Below, piece after piece: positions 22,445 through 33,048 of a stretch of DNA of 64,000 nucleotides. Position numbers and translations under genes: made by a program. The notes under the pieces are model-generated. The model was given only the letters and a program-made list of their open reading frames with translations, was not told where the DNA came from and did no database searches. The first letter of the stretch is position 1; the number at the start of each line of letters is the position of its first letter. Source of the DNA: Heptranchias perlo (Eukaryota); assembly GCF_035084215.1 (NCBI RefSeq), contig NC_090363.1:11346001-11410000 (forward strand), read 5' to 3'.

Positions 22445-25400
22445 ATGGGACGGGCTCCAATACTGTACTTAAAAGAAATCAGCTATCCGATTCTGGCAGT
22501 GTTCGGTGTTCCTGGTAAGTGATAATTATACTTTTAATTTTGTGTGTTATTGCTCTTTCCCAATGTGTTGGAAATGCAGCCGATTTATCTGGGGGTCTTT
22601 GTTGCTGAGTTGCCTGTATTCTGATATAATTTTCATGAACTGCTTCCTCTATCTCTGTGATATTTGTATTGGATGATCTTTTATTGAAGTTATATTTTTT
22701 CGTGTTCTATTACCTTGAAATAAGGATCTAGACTGCGGCTCAGCGGTAGTATTCCCGCCTCTGAGTCAGGAGGTGAAGGGTTGGAGTCACACTCTGGATA
22801 GCCTAGGCAAGTGGAGGCTAGAATAAGGTCTCCAATAATGGATTGCATCCAGCGGGGTACTCCGGATTGGAAGGAGTGGTCGAATGCCCGCCTCTGAGCC
22901 AGAAGGGTTGGGTTCGGGTCCCACTCCTGATTGCTCGGTCAAGCAGTGACCAGAGTGTAGGCTCTGAATTGATGTCCAGCAGGGATACATGATATGGATG
23001 GGCGTTGTAGCAGATTCAGACGTGACACTAAATGGTAATCAATGTCTCATTTATTAATATATAAATCAAACGTGTAAAGGTATCAAAGATCAAAACAACA
23101 TTATCCCATTTTGATCTCTGGGCAGAGGTCGTAATTAAGTTGGCAACATGGTCGTTTCAGGCTTTCCGACAGTGAGGTAGTCTTCTGATGGTCAGGTGTT
23201 CTTCTGACAGTAAGGTGTCATCTTCAGACAACTAGGTGTGCTTCAGACAGCAAGGTGTTCTTCTGAGAGCTAGGTTTCCTTCTGATCGCCAGGTGTGCTT
23301 CTGATAGCTAGATGTTCTTCTGATCGCTCGGTGTGCTTCTGATAGCGAGTTGTGCTTCTGATAGCTAGCTGTGCTTCTGATAGCCAGCTGTGTTTCTGAT
23401 AGCGAGTTGTGCTTCTGATAGCTAGCTGTGCTTCTGATAGCGAGTTGTGCTTCTGATAGCGAGTTGTGCTTCTGATAGCCAGCTGTGCTTCTGATAGCTA
23501 GCTGTGCTTCTGATAGCGAGTTGTGCTTCTGATCGCTCGGTGTGCTTCTGATAGCTAGGTGTGCACCTGATAGCGAGTTGTGCTTCTGAGAGCTAAGTGT
23601 GCTTCTGATAGCTACCTGTGCTTCTGTTAGCTAGCTATGCTTCTAACAGTTCGGTAGCCTTCTGACAGCTGGGCGGGCTTTGCTGAATCCTCTGACCCGA
23701 GCTCAAAATACGTTGGGTTTATATGTCTCCCTTGGCAGGAACCTCCCACCATATATGGAACAATATTCACAAGATCCTTATCGAGTAACAAAGTTGTGTT
23801 TCAAAGAATTCAAGATAGTCAGCTTGTTTTAACATTACTCATTTAACCACAAGACTCTTTGCAATGTTATTTTTCAAGGTGACCAGTTTGTTTGTCCCTG
23901 TCGTCTCGCTATCTCGTCATGGTCCTGGTCTTATCGATATCTTTGGGTTATTGTTCCGCTTTTTGGGTCATTGTTCCTCTTTTGCTACATATCTGCCTTG
24001 CTGCATAGTGAGGGCAACAAGGGTCAGTCACGAGTCAAAGGTTAACTATTTATAATTCAGCAAATTAAGTTACACACTCGGCAAAATACACAGCACAGTC
24101 TGCAGAGCAAGATGGTTAGTAGCATTGGAAATACGTCAATTTTTCTCTATTTCCAATATTTTTACAGTGCCGGTGCACCCCCTCCTCCCATTGTAAAGGA
24201 TATGTGGGGCTCTTTAGTTTAGTTTAGTGTTAGCCTTGGCTCAGTGGTAACACTCTCCCCGCTAAGTCAAAAGGTTGCGGGTTCAGGTCCCACTCCAGAG
24301 ACTTTGAGCGCATAATCTAGGTTATCTCTTCAGTGCAGCACTGAGGGAGTACTGCGCTGTCTTTCAGATAAGAAGGTAAACTGAGGCCCTGTTTGCCCTC
24401 TTAGCTGGACATAAAGGATCCCATTGCACTTTTCGAAGAAGTGCAGGCAAGTTCGCCCCAGTATCCTGCCCAATATTTATCCCTCAACCAATATCTAAAT
24501 AACAGATTATCTGGTCTTTATCTCATTGCTGTTTGTGGGTGCTTGCTGCCTTCCATTTCCTGTGTTACAACAGAGACTAAATTTCAAAGGTACTTCATTG
24601 GCTGTAAAGCGTTTCCTGACATCATGAGGTCGTGGAAGGCGCTATATAAATGCAAGTTGCACCTTTCTTTCTTTCGTAATGGATTTTCAAACTCCGACCG
24701 AATCCCTCGCTCCACAGTCGGCATTCAGTGTGGCCGTTCGCATGCATTTAATACAATAACCAATGACTTGTCGGTGGCATGTTCTTCGGTTTACCAGGTC
24801 ATTCTTCCCATTCCCTTCAGTCATTTACCTCCATTAAAGTCACTTCTATCAAAGCAATCAGTTACCTTCCCAGCACAGTGATCTGCTCCGTTTAATTGAC
24901 CATTTCCCTGTTGTTTCGTGTCCTACAGCGAACCTGATGACGGCTGTGATCCTGTCCCGGGGAAAGTGCGGTCTCTCCAGGGGAATCACGCGTTACATGG
25001 TGGCCATGGCAATCTCAGACCTACTCGTGCTGACCTTTCATGTACTGCTTCAACACATCTTTACTTATCATTTCCCCAAGTCATTCCTGTTCCACACTGC
25101 AGTCTGCCCTTCATACACCTACATGAAAATCATTATTCTGGATTGCTCCGTCTGGTTAACAGTGTCGTTCACCTTTGACCGTTTTGTCAGCATTTGCTGT
25201 CAGAAGCTGAAACTCAGATATTGCACGGAGAGAACTGCTGCTGTGGTTATTCTGACCATGTGGGTACTGAGCTGTTTAAAGTACGTCCCGTTTCACTTCA
25301 TGTATGAGCCCCGCTTTGTCATTGACAACGTACCATGGGGCTGCCGGCCCAAAGCGGTCTTCTTCACTTATCCAGCCTGGGTGGCTTTCTCCTGGATCTG

Positions 25401-25848
25401 CAGTCTCTCCACCTCACTGCTCCCGTTCTTTCTCATCTTGCTGTTCAACGGCCTCACGATCAGACACATCCTAGCGGCCAGCAAAGTCCGCAGGGCTCTG
25501 AAGGGACTGAGCGGCGGGCAGAACCACGGCGACAGCGAGACGGAGAACAGGCATAAATCCATCGTCTTACTCTTCTCTGTGACCGGCAGTTATATACTGT
25601 TGTGGATGACAGCAACGGTGACTTACATGTTCACGAAGATCACAACGAATGTTTTGGACCAGAATCACACAAGCCCCGCATACATCGCCAATCATGTTGG
25701 AGTTGTGCTCATGCTCACTAGTTCTTGTGCAAACACGTGTATTTATGGAATGACCCAATGCAAGTTCAGAGAGGAGGTGAAGAACGCGGTTACATATCTG
25801 CCAGTTCGAGTTATTAAATTAATAAAATTAAAACTACAATCGGGCTAG
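22445..25848 (+). CDS. GPCR-C: class A GPCR, GPR139/GPR142-like, 2 exons (22445-22514, 24929-25848), 329 aa
   Basis: Exon 1 MGRAPILYLKEISYPILAVFGVP ends at a G|GTAAGT donor. Acceptor GTCCTACAG|CG joins to ANLMTAVIL. 7TM with FTFDRF, WGC and SCANTCIY. Same phase-1 intron position as A and B. Confidence 0.88.
23006..24167 (-). mobile_element. Probable solo LTR (ERV/gypsy-like), antisense within the GPCR-C intron
   Basis: TGTA...TACA ends. On the minus strand, TATAAA at about 23723-23718 precedes AATAAA at about 23055-23050 (U3-R-U5 order). No clean TSD recognised. Confidence 0.4.
23180..23670. repeat. 19-bp minisatellite (TGTGCTTCTGATAGCTAGC consensus)
   Basis: About 25 tandem units, more degenerate at both edges. 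Confidence 0.85.
24232..24673 (+). mobile_element. tRNA-headed Deu-domain SINE (SacSINE1-like)
   Basis: A-box TGGCTCAGTGG, B-box-like GGTTCAGGTCC, Deu core, AAGGCGCTATATAAATGCAAG tail. Confidence 0.8.
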
Positions 25849-26156
25849 AGCTCACATCTGAATATAACGGGTCCATTCTCTCCTATTCCTTCCCATCACT
25901 TCACCATCTGGTTCCTTCAATACGAACCAGAGTACATTCCTTGAATAGGGTTCTCGCTGTGCGTTGTACTGAGATAAAACACTGACTGTATGTAATGGTA
26001 ATGTTTATGCTGAAAACACACTGCTGTAAAGGACTGGTGAAAACGACAAGAGTCACAGGTTACTGTTTCTTTAATGTTTCCTTGCATCAGAACGGACAAA
26101 TTTTGTAACAACCGTCCCCATAACGAGTGGTAAATAAGGATAGAAAAGTAGCATAT

Positions 26157-26337
26157 TGGGGCAATTTTAACCTAACCTACCGGTCGGGAAACTGACGGAA
26201 TCAGTTGCAAAACTCGTTTTACAACCCGCCTGATTTTACTCTCCAATGAAGTCAGTGGACAGTAATATTGGGCGAGGTGTAAAACTAGGGTCACACCCGA
26301 TCCCGTGGGATTCCCGTCTGGCGCGTTAGGTTACCCC
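26157..26337. mobile_element. Palindromic MITE
   Basis: GGGGCAATTTTAACCTAAC...GTTAGGTTACCCC ends; same family as 8886-9042. Confidence 0.6.
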
Positions 26338-27169
26338 ATAAGCTACCAGATTTCTTCTACATTCCCTTTCCGAGAGTTTGAGGAGCTATTTGGCCTGAAC
26401 TTGCTCAACTTGAAAGGTAACATATTGGGGTAATTCAATAGTTAGATATGGGACTGTTGCGAGACTTTTCAGCAACTTGTCAGGGCCCCTGGATTCGAGC
26501 CCGAGCATTAAGGCCTTCCCCACGTTGGTCCCTCTTCCCCCGCACAACTGTGTTGTAGGTAAGTGGGTGAAGATTATAGGGGATCCGGCCTTGCTCCAAG
26601 ACCAGAGTCAAAGCAGTGCCGTGCTATCTGGCAGGAGGCCCAAAGAAAGCCTTGATTCCCTCACTGCGTTTCTTGGCTCCTTGAATACGCTTCTAGTAAA
26701 GTGGGTGAAATTGGGGAGAATCAGTCGAGTGAAGGGTTAGGACGTAGACCAGATCCTGAGATCGGTGACGCTGCGCGCAGTGGGATCCATTCGCACATTA
26801 TCCTCAGCCTGTGCCTTCACGTTTTATACAGTGCGCACATCAAGCACCAAGTGCCAGGTACCTCGTGGGTTGAACGTAGGATGATACGTTATGTTACCTT
26901 CTCTCCACTGTCCACCCAGTATCAACATCTGTACGACACAAGAGAACTTCCTTAATGTCACTATTATCATATCGGTCAAATGTATGGAGTGATGTGACAG
27001 GTACAGGAATGTTCAAAATAGTGTTTGCATGCAGCCGTATGAGAATTAGGGTACAGGGCAGTTGAACCGCGATGGGTCCAGGAGCATTTCCCATCCCTGA
27101 TTATTTCCTGCTCATCTGCACTGTTGCGTGTCTCCACTCTAACACCAATCAGTAACACCTGACAACGAA

Positions 27170-28142
27170 ACCATTTCATGAAAGAAAGAGTTGTTTGAGG
27201 GATAAATATCGGCCTGGACACTGGGGAAAACGCCCCGAGTCTTTGAATTTTGTCAAGGGATCTTTTATGTCCATCTGAGTGGGCAGACAGTGCCTCAGTT
27301 TAGCTTCTTATCCGAAAGACGACACCTCCGACAGTGTCGCACTCTCTCTGTACTGCCCCTCTGACAGTGCAGCTCCCCTTCAGTACTGACCCTCCAACAG
27401 TGCTGCGCCCCTTCAGTACCGATCCTCCGACAGTGCAGCGCCCCCTCAGTCCTGACCCTCCAACAGTGCAGCACTCTCTCAGTCCTGACCCTCCAACAGT
27501 GCAGCGCCCCTTCAGTACTGACCCTCCGACAGTGCAGCGCCCCCTCAGTCCTGACCTTCCAACAGTGCAGCACTCCCTCAGTCCTGACCCTCCAACAGTG
27601 CAGCACTCTCTCAGTCCTGACCCTCCAACAGTGCAGCGCCCCTTCAGTACTGACCCTCCGACAGTGCAGCGCCCCCTCAGTCCTGACCTTCCAACAGTGC
27701 AGCACTCCCTCAGTCCTGACCCTCCAACAGTGCAGCACTCCCTCAGTCCTGACCCTCCAACAGTGCAGCGCCCCTTCAGTACTGACCCTCCGACAGTGCA
27801 GCACTCCCTCAGTCCTGACCCTGCAACAGTGCAGCGCCCCCTCAGTCCTGACCCTCCAACAGTGCAGTACTCCCTCAGTCCTGACCCTCCAACAGTGTAG
27901 CACCCCCTCAATACTGCCCCTCCGACAGTGCAGCGCCCCCTCAGTACTGACCCTCCAACAGTGAAGCACTCCCTCAGTACTGACCCTCCGACAGTGAAGC
28001 AATCCTTCAGTCCTGACCCACCAACAGTGTAGCACTCCCTCAGCACTGCACTTAAGTACCAGGTTAGATTATGTGGTCTGGAATGGGGCTTGAACCCACA
28101 ACCTTCTGACTCAGGTGAGAATGCGACTGACTGAGCCACGAC
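27170..28142 (-). mobile_element. Deu-domain SINE with an internally amplified 33-bp minisatellite
   Basis: SINE head at about 28050-28142 and SINE body at about 27170-27330 flank the tandem array. Confidence 0.75.
27325..28045. repeat. 33-bp minisatellite (CAGTCCTGACCCTCCAACAGTGCAGCACTCCCT)n
   Basis: About 21 tandem units; produces spurious repetitive ORFs on both strands. Confidence 0.9.
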
Positions 28143-28234
28143 TGACATAGTAACATGGAAACCGTTTATAAAATATACCAATACAATAAATCTCTTCCTT
28201 AATGTGTGGAGCGCCGCCTCACTCCCCAAATGGC

Positions 28235-28665
28235 AAGGAGACCAAAACTGCACACAGTATTCTAGATGTGGTCTCACCAATGCCCTGTACAACTGTAGCA
28301 AAACATCTCTACTTTTATATTCCATTCCCCTTGCAATAAATGACAACATTCCATTTGCCTTCCTAATCACTTGCTGTACCTGCATACTAACTTTTTGTGA
28401 ATCATGTACGAGGACACCCAAATACGTCTGTACCTCCGAGTTCTGCAATCTCTCTCCATTTAAATAATGTACTGCTTTTCTATTCCTCCTGCCAAAATTG
28501 ACAAGTTCACATTTTCCCACATTGTACTCCATCTGCCAAATTTTTGCCCACTCACTTAACCTATCTATACACCTTTGCCGACTCCTTATGTCCTCTTCAC
28601 AATTTACTTTCCTACCTGCCTTCGTGTTATCGGCAAATTTAGCAACCATACATTCGATCCCTTGA
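28235..28665 (-). mobile_element. CR1 RT fragment
   Basis: KFADNTKAGRKV...WQMEYNVGKCE...LYRALVRPHLEYCVQFWSP. Confidence 0.85.
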
Positions 28666-28799
28666 ATGTTATTCTTAACAAATAAAAGCAAACAAATAAT
28701 AACAACAACAACTGCAGATGCCGGAAATCTGAAACAATAATTACTATACAGGCCCTGGGAGCCCTCAATATTGACTGTCTTGGCTTTAAGTGATTTAAG

Positions 28800-29085
28800 G
28801 TCGAGGAAATAGCCTGCTGATCACCACCTACCCCTAACTGACGAATCTGTGCACCTCCATATTGAGCATCACTTGGATGAAGCTCTGAGGGAAGCAAGGC
28901 CACAGAATGTACACTGTGAAGGAACATCAATGACCACCCCACAGAGTGGCTTGACAGTGCCATCAATGACCACACTGGCTGAGTCCCAAATGGCATGGCG
29001 GTCAGACTGGGCTTCCATCAGTTCATGAGGGAATCAATTCGAGGCAGTAACTTAATTGACTTCATCGTCATCAACCTACCTGCTT
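28800..29085 (+). mobile_element. Degraded LINE endonuclease fragment
   Basis: Degenerate version of GDFNVHHQEWL...LGLHQ..REPTRG.NL.DL...NLP endonuclease motifs. Confidence 0.45.
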
Positions 29086-29249
29086 CCAGGAGCAGCATCG
29101 ACAAATGGAGAATTCACCGCTTCGCTCAGTGGTCGCACTGCAATCTCTGAATCAGTAGATCGTTGTTCTAAAAGCTTGACCGCATAAATTGCCAGAAATG
29201 AAGCACAGATACAAGGTGAAAATGAAAACCAGAAATTGCCTAATTTAAA

Positions 29250-30193
29250 ACACAGGTACCAGGGTCTTTTTATGGTTTCCAGCTCAACAGGCCAGCCAGA
29301 TTGACAGGCTGATTGACAGGCTGATTGACAGGCAAATTGACAGGCTGATTGACAGTCAGATTGACAGGTTGGCCTCAGTCAGACGGGAGAAGAGGAAGGA
29401 AGAGGACGTGAAAAGGTAAGTGATAGATGGGGGGAGGGTCAGTGGATATCAGGGACGGCTCAGTCATCAGGGGTCATCTGGCAGGATAGGGGGTCGCCAG
29501 GGGGAGTCAGGGGTCACTGGGGTGGGCTCAGTCATCGGAGGGCTGTCAGTCACCAGGGGGCTGTCAGTTATCGAGGGGGGTCTCAGTCATCGGGGGCGGG
29601 GGGTGGGGGTTGCTCAGTCATCGTGGAGGGCTCAATCATCGGGTGGAGGGGTCGTCAGTCATTGGGGGGGGCAGTCATCGGGCGGAGCTCAGTCATCGGA
29701 GGGGGCTCAGTCATCAGGGGTCATTGGGTGGTCAGTCATTGGAAACTCTCAGCCATCGGGGAGTCAGAGATTGTGAGGGGGGAGTCAGAGATCATGAGGG
29801 GGGAGTCGGAGATCGTGAGGGTGGTCGCTGCAGGACGGTTTGTTCGGCCTGGGGAAAGCACTCCTGCTCCTCCGGGCCCACAAGCTGTGCTATAAAGGCA
29901 TTTACCTGCAGTTTCAGGCCTTCTCGCCTCCTCTCAAGTGACGTGAAGTAGAAGGAGCGGGAATCCCGCCCCCAGTGGTTAAAAACAAAAAATCTGTATT
30001 TATGGAGGCCCGCAGCCTCCGTGAAAGCTTTTAATGACCAACCCACCTATTGAGAGTTGGTCGCCTGTCCCTGGTCCCGCCTCTGTTAAAACCGGAACTG
30101 GGGGGTGCGGTTGGAGGCGGGATGGGGGCGGATTTTGGATTTTAAATCTTTTTACTGCCAGCAACCCGTTTTCCCCATTTAAAATCATGGCCA
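29250..30193. mobile_element. Non-autonomous Harbinger-like element with a G-rich low-complexity core
   Basis: Right terminus ...CCCGTTTTCCCCATTTAAAATCATGGCC. Shares the GAAAGCACTCCTGCTCCTCCGGGCCCACAA block with the element at 34022-35045. Left boundary is approximate. Confidence 0.5.
29298..29370. repeat. 12-bp tandem repeat (TGATTGACAGGC)n, 6 units
   Basis: Directly visible in the sequence. Confidence 0.85.
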
Positions 30194-30199
30194 ATATTT

Positions 30200-30373
30200 T
30201 TCAAAGGTCCAAACTCACCTTATTTGGCAAAGAGAATCACCCTTCCGTTGGCGTATTTGAGGTCCTGTACAAACACGTGTATTTATGCATTGACCCAGAG
30301 GCGATTCCGAGTGGAGATGAAGAATATGGTGAAATATCCATTTACTCTCATTATTAAATTATTTAAGCAATGA
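30200..30373 (+). pseudogene. 3' remnant (ECL3-TM7-helix 8-stop) of a fourth GPR139-like GPCR, closest to GPCR-B
   Basis: Reads FKGPNSPYLAKRITLPLAYLRSCTNTCIYALTQRRFRVEMKNMVKYPFTLIIKLFKQ*. Followed by about 400 bp similar to the GPCR-B 3' flank. 5' part absent. Confidence 0.85.
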
Positions 30374-30994
30374 AAACAACCGGATTCAGTGAGAGTTCAT
30401 TGCCCGGTATCTCGGTTCACTGTCGCCATCTGATCAGTTCGCTGAGGCAGGTCTTCCCGTCCATCGCATCTCATCCTTTCCCAGAATCAGCTCCTCCCGT
30501 CTTCCCATTAGGAAGGAGACGGTATTAATACTGCTGTTCTGAACTTCACCATATCGACTTCAATAACAAAACACATTGCTGATAGCAAGTGAAACATCAC
30601 AACTTTTCACGACTGTTGATTTTTTTGGGAACAAAACACAAGGCGTAACTGTCAATTTCAGCGGGAGTGCATAACAGAAAATATCGGACGGGCTGACCGT
30701 TTAACAGCCCGTCCGATTTTTCATCCCATTCTGCAGCGATTTTAACCTAATCTATCCATCGAGAGACTGACAGGATCAGGTGCTTCGCTGGTTTTGCACG
30801 CCGTCCGATGTCACTCTCCATTTAAGTCAGTGGAGAGTATCATTGGGCGAGGTGTGAAGAGGTCATTTTAATCTAAATAGCCAGGTGGGAATCCCACGGG
30901 ATTGGGTGAAACGCCGGTTTTGCACACCGCCCAATATTACACTCTACTGACTGCCGACCAGTGAGTTAGATTAAAATTGCCCAGACATCAGTGG

Positions 30995-31315
30995 TGAGGA
31001 AGATTGGAGGGTGTGTTTTGCAGGCTCACCTGTTTGCAGTTGAAAGAAAGGATATCAGTAAAGGTGAGCAGGCAGTGGAAACACTCTGGGTAGAATTAAG
31101 ATACAGTAAAGGATGCAAGACTCTGGTGGGAATTGTCTCCAGACATCCTGACAGCAATGATGTAGTAATGAGGTGCATAAATACGGAGATAAGAAAAGCA
31201 AGTGGCAAAGGCAAATTGCTTATAATGGGTCTTTTAATTTTCACAAAGGCTGGGAAATGCAAAACAGCTCAAGTAGGAAAGGCAATTAATTTCTATGTTT
31301 CTAGGACAGTTTTCT
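30995..31315 (+). mobile_element. Degraded CR1 endonuclease fragment
   Basis: VETLWVELRYSKGCKTLVGIVSRHPDS resembles ESIWVELKNKKG...LIGLYYRPPNS in the intact CR1. Confidence 0.6.
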
Positions 31316-31984
31316 GAAACAACAGCCCAGAAATAGCTTTTAAAATAACAATAAGCCCAATAGCACTCGCCGTTATTAGTGGTGAAATCGAAGAGCATGT
31401 TCGGGCGATCACACATGCGCAGTTAAATGCAGAAATCAGGGAATTGCTCTTCCTGGTTCGCCGGTGATGTCACAGTTTCACCTTTTTGGGATATCATCGG
31501 CTGCAATCAATGGAATCAACAGACCAGCGCCAACTTGCTCTCCTGCCCAGCTAGAAACTAACTAATCTCGCCACAAAACAAGCACACTCAGTTGTTTAAG
31601 TCTAAGCTAGGTTTTAACAGCGTGGTAAGTCTTAATGGATGCCAAGCAATCTCTCATGCACTAAAAATTAACTTTAAAAAATGTGAAATCTCATTACTCC
31701 TGATTTTGATACTTTTTGGACATGTGAACAAAATGTTAAAAAATTAAAACATTGCCTTTTTTACTTTTTCCTTCTGTCTCTTTTATCTCAGTCTTTTAAT
31801 CTTATCATCTCTTTGTTTTGCTTTGTCTATGTCATTTTATAACATCTTCTCAGGCACATCCAACTTTTTAGTTTGCTCTGTTTCTCTATGAACTGCACTT
31901 CCTGGATCTCACAGTGTGGCTTGCTTCAAGCTGATTGCTTGAGGGGGCTTAGAGATTCTTTAACCACTCGCACAGCCCGGGAAA

Positions 31985-32300
31985 GAGATATCCAATTAGT
32001 CCCACTCCCCTGTTCTTTCCCCATAGCCCAGCAAATTTTTGCCCTGCAAGTATTTATCCAATTCCTTTTCAGGCATCGCATTCCAGATCATAACAACTTG
32101 CTGCATAAAAAAAATTCTCCTCATGTTGCCTCTGAATCGTTTGCCAATTACGTTAAATCTGTGTCCTCTGGTTACCCTCCTGCCACTGGAAATAGTTTCT
32201 CCTTATTTACTCTGTCAAAACACTTCATGATTTTGAACACCTCTATTAAATCTCCCCTTAACCTTCTCTACTCTAAGAAGAACAACTCCAGTTTCTGTAA
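31985..32300 (-). mobile_element. CR1 3' fragment
   Basis: Reverse complement of RLRGDLIEVFKIMK... and CR1 3' UTR. Confidence 0.7.
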
Positions 32301-33048
32301 ATGTACACATGACCCTGATTAACATTTTTTTTTGACTGAACTGGGCAGAGCGTGTAGCAGGCACACTCCGAGCACTATCAGCTGGCAGCCAGGCCAAAGT
32401 GGATCCCAAAGCAAAGTTCCCCTTCATTACTGTGGGACCGGGAGCAGCAGGTGCGCTCCTCCGGACTTCCCAAAACCAGCCTTTGCTACAGCCGCTCTAT
32501 TTGCCCCCTCAAGATATCGGGTAGTTCAACATCCTATTAACTTATTGATTGCTGCTCTGCATTGATTGGCCATAATTAACATTGCGTTTACTCTCCTCGG
32601 TCTCTTTCAGCTTTCTCCTCAGCTATTTCAGCACCATTCACGGAGTGTGCCTTGACTCACTGACAGCCTTCACTCAGTGGGAACACTCCTGCCTCTCTTC
32701 CATTCCACAGACTTGAGCACATAATCCAGGCTGACACTTCAGAGCAGTACTGAGGGAGCACTGCCCATGTTTTAATTCTCCTCTGTCTCTGCGCCCCGAT
32801 GATTCTCGATGTTCTTGAGGTTTTTTTATTTAATTTTACAGGAGTGTCTGGAGCAGTTGCCATGAGTTTGTTGCACTGCACCGATTAAACAAAGAAATAT
32901 AACCAATAAGATAATGTCACTCGGTTGTACCCGCCCTGACCTCAGGTGACATTTGGACCATCCACACCACCTGTGACTGAGAGCGACGCCCAGCAGTTTG
33001 CAGCTGGCAGGAGGCAGGTGGGTGGAGAGGAAATATGGGATGGACCTA

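Noticed and set aside
24232-24300. tRNA gene (also 18628-18700 and 22732-22790)
   Set aside because: tRNA-derived SINE heads with no full cloverleaf, followed by SINE body.
27295-28691. 463-aa and 246-aa ORFs
   Set aside because: Chance read-through of a CR1 fragment, a SINE head and a 33-bp VNTR.
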